A DNA stretch of 64,000 bases from Acidobacteriota bacterium. GTDB taxonomy: Bacteria > Acidobacteriota > UBA6911. Where the stretch lies: assembly GCA_963664705.1 (NCBI GenBank), contig OY761556.1:2080001-2144000 (forward strand). Reading direction: 5' to 3'. A program made the translations under genes and the position numbers. A model generated the notes under the pieces. It was not told the DNA's origin. It made no database searches and saw only the letters and a list, made by a program, of their open reading frames with translations. Positions 41,542-51,048 of the stretch are shown here, piece by piece (position 1 is the stretch's first letter; each line of letters opens with the position of its first letter).

Positions 41542-42714
41542 TCAGTATTTGTCCAGGCAGCTCAGATAGTTGGCGTAACGGGATTCCATCTCAGAGATGG
41601 AATCGCCGCCGAACTTCTCAACAAATGCCCCGGCGAGGACAATGCTCAGCATCGCTTCCGCAACGACGCCGGCCGCCGGAACAACGCAGACATCACTTCG
41701 TTCCACAACGGCTTCAAAGGCTTCCTTCGTAACAACATCGATAGACGAAAGAGGTTTTCCCAGGGTAGGGATCGGCTTCACATAAGCCCGTACACGCAAA
41801 TCCTCTCCATTGGTGATCCCGCCTTCCAGTCCACCGGCTCTATTCGTTTTCCGAATGAAGCGTTTCTCCGGGGCGTTATAGAAAATCTCATCGTGCACGG
41901 CGGAACCGGCATTTCCTGAGCCTTCAATGCCACAGCCGATTTCTACCGCTTTAACGGAAGGAATGCTCATGATCGCCTGCGCAATCTGTCCGTCCAGCCG
42001 CCGGTCCCATTGGATATGGCTCCCGAGTCCCGTCGGCATTGGCCCCGCAATGACCTCAACGCAGCCGCCCAACGTATCGCCCGCCTGTTTGGCCGCATCA
42101 ATAGCTGCCATCATGCGCTTTCCGGCTTCCGCGTCCAGGCAACGGACAGGCGATTGTAGATCCATGTCGAACACAGCATCACGCACAGGATTTTCAAACT
42201 CACTGCCGATAGGCTCCTTCCCGATGGCAATGACATGGCTGCCGATCCGGATTCCAAAACGCGCCAGCAGCAGCCGGCACAAGGCTCCCACCGCCACACG
42301 CGTTGTCGTCTCACGGGCACTGGCACGCTCGAGAATATCCCGGACATCATGCGTCTGGAATTTAAGTCCGCCCGGCAGATCGGCGTGTCCGGGGCGAGGA
42401 CGCGTGACTCGCCTGAAGTCCACTCCCCCGGGCAAAGCATCGACCGCCATTGCTTCCTGCCAGCTCTCCCAGTCCTTGTTTCGAATGCTGAAGGCGATGG
42501 GGCTTCCAAGAGCCAATCCGTGCCGCACTCCGGAGGTAATCTCAATCACGTCACTCTCAATCTTCATGCGGCCGCCACGGCCATAACCAAGCTGCCGCCG
42601 ATGCAGCTCCTGGTTGATGAAATCAACATCGATCGCCAAGCCATGCGGCAATCCTTCCAACACTCCCGTCAGAGCTTGTCCATGAGATTCACCGGCAGTC
42701 AGGAAACGCAGCAT
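41542..42714 (-). CDS. aroC: Chorismate synthase
   Basis: MLRFLTAGESHG, RPGHAD, ERASARET, GGLEGGITNG, ERSD. Confidence 0.96.
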   Translation of the reverse strand: MLRFLTAGESHGQALTGVLEGLPHGLAIDVDFINQELHRRQLGYGRGGRMKIESDVIEITSGVRHGLALGSPIAFSIRNKDWESWQEAMAVDALPGGVDFRRVTRPRPGHADLPGGLKFQTHDVRDILERASARETTTRVAVGALCRLLLARFGIRIGSHVIAIGKEPIGSEFENPVRDAVFDMDLQSPVRCLDAEAGKRMMAAIDAAKQAGDTLGGCVEVIAGPMPTGLGSHIQWDRRLDGQIAQAIMSIPSVKAVEIGCGIEGSGNAGSAVHDEIFYNAPEKRFIRKTNRAGGLEGGITNGEDLRVRAYVKPIPTLGKPLSSIDVVTKEAFEAVVERSDVCVVPAAGVVAEAMLSIVLAGAFVEKFGGDSISEMESRYANYLSCLDKY

Positions 42715-42963
42715 AGGCAGATCCTTTCGCATCAGAAGCCCGGCAAAAACAGGGAGTGAACACAGATCCTGTTTCTCCGACAGACTCCCAGGGATTGTAT
42801 CAAAGGAAATGAAAAGCGCCGAAATTGTTTTGGAATGTGTAAACAATTCACAAATTCCTCGGACAAAACCTCCGATTTTCCCAATGCCGATGAAAGATCT
42901 TAGATCCTTTGCATATTTCGCAGCCTCATTCGCATATCAGCATGGAATTACCCGTCTAACCCC

Positions 42964-42992
42964 TTGACTAGCAAGGTTTCCGTCAATACACT
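42964..42992 (+). promoter_or_regulatory. sigma70-type promoter of the mlaEFD operon
   Basis: TTGACT-N17-TACACT, 20 nt before ATG 43013. Confidence 0.55.
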
Positions 42993-43012
42993 TCACCGAG
43001 GTCAGCAACAAT

Positions 43013-43819
43013 ATGGAAAATACTCTTACCACTGTGTTGGAGTCGCCTTACCGATTTTTCCTGAGAGCACTCTGGGAAATTCAGTCCTATACCATTCTCT
43101 CCAGTCGGGCCATCGCGAATCTTTTTACCAAGCCGATCTACTGGCGCGAAATCATTATGCAAATGGATCGGATTGGTGTGGGCTCGCTGACGATTGTTTT
43201 ACTGACCGGCTTTTTCACGGGAGCCGTTCTGGCCATTCAATCGGAGGGTGCACTTCGTAGATATGGGGCGGTCAGCATGACTGGTCAGCTGGTAGCTCTT
43301 ACCCTGATCAGGGAATTGGGCCCGGTGCTTTCCGCACTGATGCTCTCGGGGCGGATTGGATCGGGAATCGCATCAGAACTGGGATCCATGGTTGTTTCGG
43401 AGCAAATCAGCGCCATGCGCGCCCTTGGAACGGACCCGACACGGCGCCTGGTCACGCCGCGCATGATCTCCATGGTCATCATGCTTCCGCTGTTGACTAT
43501 TGTCTGCGATGCCATGGGAATGCTGGGAGGCTGGGTAATCGGTACCTACAAGCTGCTGATCAGCTCGAATCAATTCTGGTCCGATGCCATGAACGCACTC
43601 CAGTTCTCCGATGTTGTGGGAACGCTGATCAAACCGGTCTTTTTTGGATTCATCATCTCCATGACAGGGTGCTACGTGGGGTTGCGCACACATGGAGGAA
43701 CCGAGGGGGTCGGCAAGTCTACGACGCAGGCAGTTGTCAGCAGTTCCATCCTGGTCATAGCCTCCGATTTCTTTTTAAACAATCTCCTCATCTATCTGGC
43801 ACCCATGATCAATACATGA
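43013..43819 (+). CDS. mlaE: MlaE-family ABC permease
   Basis: IRELGPV, GRIGSGIASELGSM, EQISAM, GVGKSTTQAVV. Confidence 0.93.
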   Translation: MENTLTTVLESPYRFFLRALWEIQSYTILSSRAIANLFTKPIYWREIIMQMDRIGVGSLTIVLLTGFFTGAVLAIQSEGALRRYGAVSMTGQLVALTLIRELGPVLSALMLSGRIGSGIASELGSMVVSEQISAMRALGTDPTRRLVTPRMISMVIMLPLLTIVCDAMGMLGGWVIGTYKLLISSNQFWSDAMNALQFSDVVGTLIKPVFFGFIISMTGCYVGLRTHGGTEGVGKSTTQAVVSSSILVIASDFFLNNLLIYLAPMINT

Positions 43820-44607
43820 TTGAATTTCAGAACGTATACAAATCATTCGACGAAGACACGATCCTGAAGGATGTCAGTTTCACGATCAAGCGCGGAGAAA
43901 CCAAGATTATTCTTGGAGCCAGCGGGTCTGGGAAATCGACAATTCTGAAGCTGATTCTTGGCCTGATCCGGCCCGACGCCGGAAACATCTATTTTGACGG
44001 ACGAGATATCACCCATCTTGCCGAGCGGGAACTGGTCGTCATTCGGCGCGATATCGGGATGGTATTTCAGGAGGGGGCGCTTTTCGACTCTCTCAGCGTA
44101 CGGGAAAACGTCGGGTATCGGCTCAATGAAGAGGGCCGCATGGAAGAAGGCGCTGTTGATCTTGAGGTCTTCAAGCTCCTTGGTTTCGTGGGACTCGAAG
44201 AGGCGATTGACAAAATGCCGGCGGAGCTTTCCGGAGGAATGAAACGCCGCGTCGGCATTGCCCGTGCACTTGTGGGCACACCCAAGGTGGTGTTGTACGA
44301 CGAACCCACGGCAGGGCTCGACCCAATCACCAAAAGGGTTATCGTGGAGTTGATGATCAAACTCCGGGATATCGAGGGAGTGACTACCGTGTTTGTAACC
44401 CATGACCTTCAGGCCGCATCTATCATAGCAACCGAGTATGCCGCAGCCCGCCCCGACGGCAGTGTGGAGATCCGGTCTGACGCGGACGGAGGCACGCCCG
44501 ATAACATCAATTTCATCATGATCCAGGACGGGATAATCTGTTTCGAAGGCGGCTATAAAGAATTGATGAATTCAAAGGTGCCATACATTCAGGAATTTAT
44601 AGCGTAA
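43816..44607 (+). CDS. mlaF: MlaF/Mkl-family ABC ATPase
   Basis: GASGSGKS, FQEGALFDSL, LSGGMKRRV, YDEPTAGLDP; start MIEFQNV overlapping the mlaE stop. Confidence 0.92.
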   Translation: MIEFQNVYKSFDEDTILKDVSFTIKRGETKIILGASGSGKSTILKLILGLIRPDAGNIYFDGRDITHLAERELVVIRRDIGMVFQEGALFDSLSVRENVGYRLNEEGRMEEGAVDLEVFKLLGFVGLEEAIDKMPAELSGGMKRRVGIARALVGTPKVVLYDEPTAGLDPITKRVIVELMIKLRDIEGVTTVFVTHDLQAASIIATEYAAARPDGSVEIRSDADGGTPDNINFIMIQDGIICFEGGYKELMNSKVPYIQEFIA

Positions 44608-44679
44608 TAATTTTGTAGTGTACTGAAAGCTTGCCCGGGGATTTGTACCTGGTGAGACCGTGCCGGTAAAAGGAGCAAC

Positions 44680-45903
44680 ATGCCGCAAAAAAAACAGGTC
44701 AGCTTGGCTGAGATGAAGGTTGGTATTTTTGTGACCGTCGCCCTTCTGCTGCTCTCTGCCTTAATTCTGCAGCAGAGTTGGGGTCTCAACTGGTTTTCCA
44801 AATCCGTAAAAATCGTAACCTATCTCCCGGATGTCGGCGGATTGAAATCCGGAGCTCCGGTCTGGCTCGCGGGGATGGAGATCGGCCGAGTCCGAAAAGT
44901 GACGATTGTTCCGCCTGAGGTTTTCCCTCAAAACGCCAGGATCTTTCGAAAGATCGAGGAGATTAAGAAAGAAATTGAGGCTACCGATACTAAACAGCCC
45001 GCGGCCCGGAAAAATATCGAGGATCTGCAGGATCAGATCCGAAACCTCAAATCCGATATCCGGCTTGTCGAAGTTCAGCTCGAAATACGTCCACAGTTTC
45101 TAAACAGAATCGGCAGTGATTCCGAAGTCAGCATTGATTCCCGAGGATTGATCGGAGACTCTTTTATCAATATTTCTCCCGGAACCTATGGAGAGCTGCC
45201 TCCAAAGCAGGGCGAGTTCTACGTGATTGAGAGCATCCAGCGTCCGGGATTTCGCGAGATCATGGGCGGCGCCAACGATGTCGTGGCCAACTTTGGCGTT
45301 CTTTCCGAACAGTTCAAGAACATTGTCATGAAGCTGAATGTCGACAAAATAGGAGCCGGCGTCGGGGGAACTCTGCAGGATCTTCAGAAAACCGTACGGC
45401 AGGCCAACACAGCATTCGCCCGTGCCACAGTGCTTATTGATTCTCTGAACAGCGGTAACGGCACCATTGGCCGCATGGTGTCCGACCCCGATTTGTACAA
45501 CCGCCTGAATACCTCTCTGGAGAAATTCAACCAGATCGCCGAGAATATTCAGAATGGGAAAGGAACCCTCGGCAAGTTTGTCAGCGACCCGGCCCTCTAT
45601 GATTCTGCCACTCAAACCCTGAAGAAGGCGGAATCTGTGATGGACAGAATTGAGAAGGGTGAAGGGACTCTTGGAAAGCTGTCCAAAGATGTTGAGCTTT
45701 ACGAGAAAACAAAAACTGCGCTGGATCGATTTGCTGCCGTTGCGGAGAAAATCGATAAGGGCGAAGGAACCATGGGGAAGCTGCTGAAGGACCCCAGCCT
45801 GTATAACAACCTGGATCAGTCCAGCGCGGAGATCACGAAACTTCTCTATGATCTTCGGCAGGATCCCAAGAAATATCTGACCATTCGCGTTCGCATCTTC
45901 TGA
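44680..45903 (+). CDS. mlaD: MCE/MlaD-family protein with long helical extension
   Basis: N-terminal TM, GLKSGAPVWLAGMEIGRV, GLIGDSFINISPG, four GT(L/I/M)G(K/R)..DxxLY repeats. Confidence 0.9.
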   Translation: MPQKKQVSLAEMKVGIFVTVALLLLSALILQQSWGLNWFSKSVKIVTYLPDVGGLKSGAPVWLAGMEIGRVRKVTIVPPEVFPQNARIFRKIEEIKKEIEATDTKQPAARKNIEDLQDQIRNLKSDIRLVEVQLEIRPQFLNRIGSDSEVSIDSRGLIGDSFINISPGTYGELPPKQGEFYVIESIQRPGFREIMGGANDVVANFGVLSEQFKNIVMKLNVDKIGAGVGGTLQDLQKTVRQANTAFARATVLIDSLNSGNGTIGRMVSDPDLYNRLNTSLEKFNQIAENIQNGKGTLGKFVSDPALYDSATQTLKKAESVMDRIEKGEGTLGKLSKDVELYEKTKTALDRFAAVAEKIDKGEGTMGKLLKDPSLYNNLDQSSAEITKLLYDLRQDPKKYLTIRVRIF

Positions 45904-46157
45904 CCTGGTAGCCCGCCGGCATTGGCGCAGCCGCTTCCACAACACTAATGCCGCTTTGGAATCTGGAATCCGAAATCTGAGAGCCTGTAGCGGGACCCCG
46001 GAAGATATCCCTGGCTCCCAGGGTCCCCTAACCATGCACTCTGACCAGGAGGATACAATGGTTGGGAATATTATCCGTCCTGATAGAGATTTCTGTTGTT
46101 AATCATTTGTAAAGACTCTCTTTACCTGCATTATATTTCGCACCCAAGACTAAAATC

Positions 46158-46186
46158 TTGACAAGGTTTTCGAATCTGTCTAGCCT
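46158..46186 (+). promoter_or_regulatory. sigma70-type promoter (leaderless geometry)
   Basis: TTGACA-N17-TAGCCT, then 7 nt to ATG 46194. Confidence 0.6.
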
Positions 46187-46193
46187 AAGCGCC

Positions 46194-46808
46194 ATGTTTG
46201 CATTTAGTGATGCTATCGGACGTGGCGGCAAATTCCTACTCGACAAGATCGTGGGCTTCCTGAGCCGCTATCGTGTCAATCCTAATATCCTCACTTTTAC
46301 GGGCGTGCTGATCAGCCTCTGGGCTGCATTCGAGTTCGGCTATGGCGCATTTTTCAAAGCAGGACTCGTCATCATCTTCGCTGGACTTTTCGACATGCTG
46401 GATGGCGAGGTTGCCCGTGTTACCAGATCCGTTTCGGAATTCGGTGCCTTCTACGATTCCGTCATCGACCGCTATTCCGATGTCATTTTGTTTCAGGGCC
46501 TGATTGTCTATTACGCGCGAAAGCAAATGCTAGGCTATGTTGTGCTGGTGGGAATTGTGGTTATGGGCGCGGTTCTGACCAGCTATGCGCGCGCGCGGGC
46601 GGAATCGCTCATTCCATCCGGTAAAGTCGGGTTCATGGAACGCCCGGAGAGAATCGTACTGCTGATCATCGGCGCTCTTTCCAACAGGATGGAAGCAGTC
46701 TTATGGGTTCTTGCCATTCTCGGCAACTGGACTGTGATTGACAGGATTTACTACACTTGGAAGGAACTCCCGAAACCGGATCGTTCCCATTCCTCGGCAT
46801 CCGTCTAG
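46194..46808 (+). CDS. CDP-alcohol phosphatidyltransferase (PIP/PG synthase-like)
   Basis: NPNILT, DMLDGEVAR....FGAFYDSVIDR signature, SYARARAES, ERPER. Confidence 0.92.
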   Translation: MFAFSDAIGRGGKFLLDKIVGFLSRYRVNPNILTFTGVLISLWAAFEFGYGAFFKAGLVIIFAGLFDMLDGEVARVTRSVSEFGAFYDSVIDRYSDVILFQGLIVYYARKQMLGYVVLVGIVVMGAVLTSYARARAESLIPSGKVGFMERPERIVLLIIGALSNRMEAVLWVLAILGNWTVIDRIYYTWKELPKPDRSHSSASV

Positions 46809-47019
46809 CTTGAACAGTGTGCTGGCAATCAGTGGCGCAGACAATAGGAAAGAGCTTCCATAACTATGACGCTATCTAATTGCCCTGCAGCAGAATGAGC
46901 CCCAAAATTATTTGCGGTCTTCGTGGTCTTCGTGGTCTTCGCGGTTCAAAGACAAAAACCAATCAACGCCACTTATTTATGGAACTCCCGAAACCGGATC
47001 GTTCCCATTCCTCGGCATC
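46763..47019. repeat. 39-bp direct repeat (46763-46801 and 46981-47019) enclosing an IR-bounded insert with a 9-bp tandem repeat
   Basis: ggaactcccgaaaccggatcgttcccattcctcggcatc occurs twice; AATCAGTGGCG at 46827 and CGCCACTTATT at 46967; (tcgtggtct)-type units at 46912-46947. Confidence 0.85.
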
Positions 47020-47041
47020 GGTTTGAGCGGCGCTTCGGGCG

Positions 47042-47779
47042 CTACTGCAGCTTTTGAATTTCCACTCCGGACGGCAATTTCTGCTCAAACTTTGAATCCG
47101 CTATCTTCTGGTTCATTTTCTCATCCGTAAAGGTCACCAGGAGGTAGTCTCGATTGGGTTCCTGCAGTTTATATTGAGTGGGAATCCCTGATGACTGCTT
47201 TACCCAGAGAACAATCAGTGCATAGTAGGCAGCGGTCTTAGGATCCTTGGGCGCCAGGTTCAAGATGGAGCACGGGGCTCCCGCAACCGATTCTGTTCCC
47301 TGGTAAGTTACGTTGAAGTTCTTCTGCAATTCCGACGGGGGCTGCCCGATGCCGATGGCAAGATACTCCGCTTTATCTTTGTTCTTTCCGAGATTCACAA
47401 CCTGAGCTTCTTTGACTCCCGGCTGGTAAACCGTCGCGATCCCATCCTTGATGGTCAGTATCTTCCTCCCCGGATTTGTGATTTCCTGGCGAATCATGGA
47501 AGACCCATCCTTGGCCCGCGCAAAATAAAATTCGCCGCTTTCGGGCGGTCCGAATTCTTTCAGAATTGCCGTGTATTTTTTCTGAACCTGCTTTGCGGAG
47601 AAACTGCGAAATCCTTTTCCTGCAGCTTCCATCTGGCGGAAAACCTTTTGCAGATTCGCATCTTCTTTTCCCTGGGCAAACACCATCGCTAATGCGGCAA
47701 AGCAACAGAGAACCACCGCCGGAATCCGATATCTTTGGGTCCCGGTCAGAGCGTCGAAGCTATTTTTTTGTGTTTTCAT
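47042..47779 (-). CDS. LolA-like periplasmic carrier protein
   Basis: Signal peptide; SFSAK..Q, ESGEFYF, VYQPGVKEAQV and N..I.DSKF..KLPSGVEI pattern typical of the LolA fold. Start uncertain. Confidence 0.75.
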   Translation of the reverse strand: MKTQKNSFDALTGTQRYRIPAVVLCCFAALAMVFAQGKEDANLQKVFRQMEAAGKGFRSFSAKQVQKKYTAILKEFGPPESGEFYFARAKDGSSMIRQEITNPGRKILTIKDGIATVYQPGVKEAQVVNLGKNKDKAEYLAIGIGQPPSELQKNFNVTYQGTESVAGAPCSILNLAPKDPKTAAYYALIVLWVKQSSGIPTQYKLQEPNRDYLLVTFTDEKMNQKIADSKFEQKLPSGVEIQKLQ

Positions 47780-47981
47780 CACTTGTTGGCGTCGGTTGAG
47801 GAACGGAGGAAGTCTTTTTGACCGCCGGTGACGGAGGGACCGCCCGAGCGGAGACAAAACAGCTGCGCGGCACAAAAAAGATGAAGGCAAGGATCAGGGC
47901 GCAGATTATGTCGTACTGAAGCGTCCCCCGCCCATATTTCCAAACAATCAGATTCCGAAGTGTTGTCCTGACGCTTTCCAT
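47760..47981 (-). CDS. Small membrane protein (73 aa)
   Basis: WKYGRGTLQYDIICALILAFIFFVPR single TM; tightly packed in the operon. Confidence 0.7.
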   Translation of the reverse strand: MESVRTTLRNLIVWKYGRGTLQYDIICALILAFIFFVPRSCFVSARAVPPSPAVKKTSSVPQPTPTSDENTKK

Positions 47982-47987
47982 TGGGTT

Positions 47988-48719
47988 TCAGTACAATCGC
48001 TCAAATTCCGGTTCGTAAGAAAACTTGGACGCGGGGCTGAGAATCTGCCCGTCCTTCATTTCGACGATACGGCTTGCCATGGAGGCAGCTTCAGAATCGT
48101 GAGTAATCATCACAATCGTTTGTTTTAGTTTTTCGTTGAGGTCGCGGAGTATTTGGAGCACCGAGTGGGAATTGCGGGAGTCCAGGCTTCCTGTCGGCTC
48201 ATCCGCCAGGATAATCGAAGGCTTGTTCACCACAGCCCTCACGATGGCAACGCGCTGCTGCTCACCCCCGGAAAGCTCGGACGGCCGGAAGTTAATCTTG
48301 TGGCTCAGCCCAAGCATGTCCACGAGATGTTCGACGCCGTTGGGGCTCCCATGGCCATTCCCGTGAATTTTTTTGGCCAGCTCGATATTGGCTTTTGCAG
48401 AGAGGGTCGGCAACAGATTAAACCGCTGGAAGACGTACCCGATCTTCTTGCGCCGCACCGCAGTTCGCTCCGCATCGGAGAGCTTTGAGATATCGATCCC
48501 ATCCAACAATATCTTGCCGGAACTTGGCTGCAGCAATCCTCCCAAAAGGTGCAGCAGCGTGGACTTCCCGCAACCGGAAGGTCCCATCACGGCAATAAAT
48601 TCGCCTTGCTTGACAGTAAGATTGACGTTGTGTAGCGCTGGGACTTCCACCTTTCCCGACCGATATGTCATGGTCAAATCAACGGTCTGGATTGCGTGGG
48701 TTGAAGATGAGTCCGTCAT
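47988..48719 (-). CDS. ABC transporter ATP-binding protein (LolD/MacB-like)
   Basis: [41 protein letters not shown]. Confidence 0.92.
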   Translation of the reverse strand: MTDSSSTHAIQTVDLTMTYRSGKVEVPALHNVNLTVKQGEFIAVMGPSGCGKSTLLHLLGGLLQPSSGKILLDGIDISKLSDAERTAVRRKKIGYVFQRFNLLPTLSAKANIELAKKIHGNGHGSPNGVEHLVDMLGLSHKINFRPSELSGGEQQRVAIVRAVVNKPSIILADEPTGSLDSRNSHSVLQILRDLNEKLKQTIVMITHDSEAASMASRIVEMKDGQILSPASKFSYEPEFERLY

Positions 48720-48792
48720 ATTTCGTCCGTTTCCCTACTCTTGACTTGATGCCTCCAGGGCATCCCTCCGGGCTGCTGCCTTATATGCGACT

Positions 48793-48861
48793 CTATAAGG
48801 AACGGCCCACTCCTGCGCCCAAACCCAAAGAGAAATGGGGCGCGTCCATCCGAATACCCAT
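48793..48861 (-). CDS. Candidate 22-aa small ORF MGIRMDAPHFSLGLGAGVGRSL
   Basis: GGAGGAG SD just upstream of the ATG; read manually; no homology known to me. Confidence 0.3.
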   Translation of the reverse strand: MGIRMDAPHFSLGLGAGVGRSL

Positions 48862-49045
48862 TGACTCCTCCGGGCCTGGAAATCGACAAGGAATCACTAT
48901 TCTTGCGAATTCCAATTCCAACGAGTGGATTCAAACAGCATATAATAACAGATTATTCAAAAATGATGCCAACTATAAAATCGCGCGCGCATTCGGCGAT
49001 TCCGCATCCAGCCTCGCCGACCCATCGAATAACTGATTCAAGCCC

Positions 49046-49987
49046 TTACCGGCTCTTCTCCCGCAAAATGACTTCCTTCGCACCAGGCGGCGTCTGCAAC
49101 TGGAAGGCATCCTCCGGAAGATCCGGGTTGATGCGCCAATTCTTAAAACTCAGATCCAGCGTGTAGCCATCCATCGGCCGATCGATATGCATTTGTTGGG
49201 GCATAGAGACACCATCGACCTGTATCGGATCGGAATAGGTAATGTCGCTTACAATCTGCCCCTCCTCGGCATATACCTGCTGCCGGGCAATTGTCAGACC
49301 GGCACGCTCGATCCAGATCTTGCGAATGGTGTGCAGTCTGGGATGAGTTCCCTCCTTAGCAAAGGTGAGAATGTAATACCTGGACCGGTCATCTTTTTGT
49401 TCGTCCTTGCTCACCCAGACTCCCGGGGAATTCAGAGAGATGCTCTGCGGGAAGATCGCCTCGAAGATATGATTTCCCCGTATTGGGATCGAAAACTCCT
49501 TGGGTCCGGAAGGATCGTCCGCAATAAGCTCCTTCGCGCTGTTCAGCCCTTTATAAAGCTCGTTCTTCCTGGGATTCCAGACCGTAAAATTATCTCCCAC
49601 GGAAAGCACATCCACGAGCTTGGATTGTGTGATCGGTATCAGGAGAACCAGGTGTGTGGCGTCGGGGCGTTTCAAAAGGATGTATCCCTTGACCGTCCTA
49701 TACTTCTCCTCCCATTCCCCGTTCTCTATTTTTTTGGACGAGGTGAGAGTCAACCGCATATCGTTGCAGGCCAACGATTGGATTTTGTCGGCTCCCCTGA
49801 TGATACTCAGGAGTTCATCAAACCCGGCGGTCTTTGCCTGAAGGATGGCTTGGGGAACCTGGACTTTTGTGGTCTGCTTGACGCCGCACGCGGGAGTCGT
49901 GAACAACGCGAACAGCAAAGCACCGAGGAATAGGAAAACCCGGAGTCCAGGCTCTGTAAATTGTGGAGATATCTTGGTTTCTTTCAT
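49046..49987 (-). CDS. Lipoprotein with LolA/LolB-like fold (DUF4292-like)
   Basis: Hydrophobic stretch ending TPAC; beta-rich; C-terminal INPDLPEDAFQLQTPPGA. Start moved from the ORF track's 50251. Confidence 0.65.
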   Translation of the reverse strand: MKETKISPQFTEPGLRVFLFLGALLFALFTTPACGVKQTTKVQVPQAILQAKTAGFDELLSIIRGADKIQSLACNDMRLTLTSSKKIENGEWEEKYRTVKGYILLKRPDATHLVLLIPITQSKLVDVLSVGDNFTVWNPRKNELYKGLNSAKELIADDPSGPKEFSIPIRGNHIFEAIFPQSISLNSPGVWVSKDEQKDDRSRYYILTFAKEGTHPRLHTIRKIWIERAGLTIARQQVYAEEGQIVSDITYSDPIQVDGVSMPQQMHIDRPMDGYTLDLSFKNWRINPDLPEDAFQLQTPPGAKEVILREKSR

Positions 49988-50091
49988 CGATATACATCGC
50001 CAAGAGAGCGGGGTGAATCTAACAGACTGACCGAACGTTGTCAATTTTCGTTTTGCGGCAAGCTCTTGTCTCCATGGGAAATGGCCTGAAC

Positions 50092-50754
50092 TTACCGCTC
50101 CTTTCCTCCCAGTGCGGGCCGGAAACGAAACCAGAAGCACACGCCGATTCCAAGGATAAAAATACCAAACAGGACCAGCCCCACCATGTGAAGATTCCTC
50201 TGCATAAAAAGCTTTACCGAATTTCCATAGAGAACGGCCAGAATCCCCCACATGGAATAGCGAATGGTGCGGCCCACCAGAACGGCAACCAGGAACTCCA
50301 GGGTTTTCAGCCGAAAGACACCGGCACTCAGGACGAAGATTTTAAAAGGCATTGGAGGAGGAAGAATGCTGGGGATCACAACCGTCAGCATACCGTATTT
50401 CTCGAACAATTTTTCCGCCTTGTCGATGCTTCGAGGCGAAAACCTGCGGCGCAAAAGAGGACTTCCCCCCTTGCGTCCAACTGAATAGAGAAGCAGGCAT
50501 CCCAATACTGAGCCCATAATGGTCATCGCCACAAAATAGGCCATATTCCCCCAGGATTTCCCCGAGGAAAGTACAACAATCAGCAGGTCATTCCCTTCCG
50601 GAAGGCTCAAAAAGGAGGAATCGCACACTGCCAGGCACATCACTCCCGGCCCACCCATGCTTATGACGAAACTGCTGACCGCAGCCCAGAGCTTTGCCAG
50701 CCAATGCTGATCCGAAATCAATAATACAAATGCATTCTGACCGGAGTAGCTCAT
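50092..50754 (-). CDS. DedA/VTT-domain (YqaA-like) membrane protein
   Basis: DSSFLSLP, GSVLG..LLYSVGRKGG, PPPMPFKIFVLSAG, GRTIRY. Confidence 0.88.
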   Translation of the reverse strand: MSYSGQNAFVLLISDQHWLAKLWAAVSSFVISMGGPGVMCLAVCDSSFLSLPEGNDLLIVVLSSGKSWGNMAYFVAMTIMGSVLGCLLLYSVGRKGGSPLLRRRFSPRSIDKAEKLFEKYGMLTVVIPSILPPPMPFKIFVLSAGVFRLKTLEFLVAVLVGRTIRYSMWGILAVLYGNSVKLFMQRNLHMVGLVLFGIFILGIGVCFWFRFRPALGGKER

Positions 50755-50943
50755 TGAAGTTTAGGAGCTTTCGCGAATCCCATTGATTTGAAATTAGCAT
50801 AGCGACTGGTTGCGGGAAAAGTGCTTTCATTCATTCCAGCCTGCGGAACTTGAACTCTGCTGGTAAAATAGTCTATGGAATGCACTCAGGAGAGAGCCTT
50901 GGCTTCTGCCGCTAAACCCTATGAACAAGCTAACCGTAAATTA

Positions 50944-50973
50944 TTGACATTGCATAGGTCTCGAAAGTAAAAT
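50944..50973 (+). promoter_or_regulatory. Putative sigma70 promoter of the rodZ-like operon
   Basis: TTGACA-N18-TAAAAT. Confidence 0.45.
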
Positions 50974-51048
50974 ATGTATTCCAGGGTAAAGTAATCTCAA
51001 ACTATTTTTGGCCGAGACGGGGATTCGCCGCAAAACCCCAGCCCAGCT

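Noticed and set aside
48716-48934. 72-aa ORF upstream of the ABC ATPase
   Set aside because: Weak TTG start and no motif; the strong SD points to the 22-aa frame instead.
50885-50920. CAGGAGAGAGCC... resembling a glycine riboswitch start
   Set aside because: Lacks the CCGAAG and CTCTCAGG elements, and the downstream gene is unrelated to glycine.
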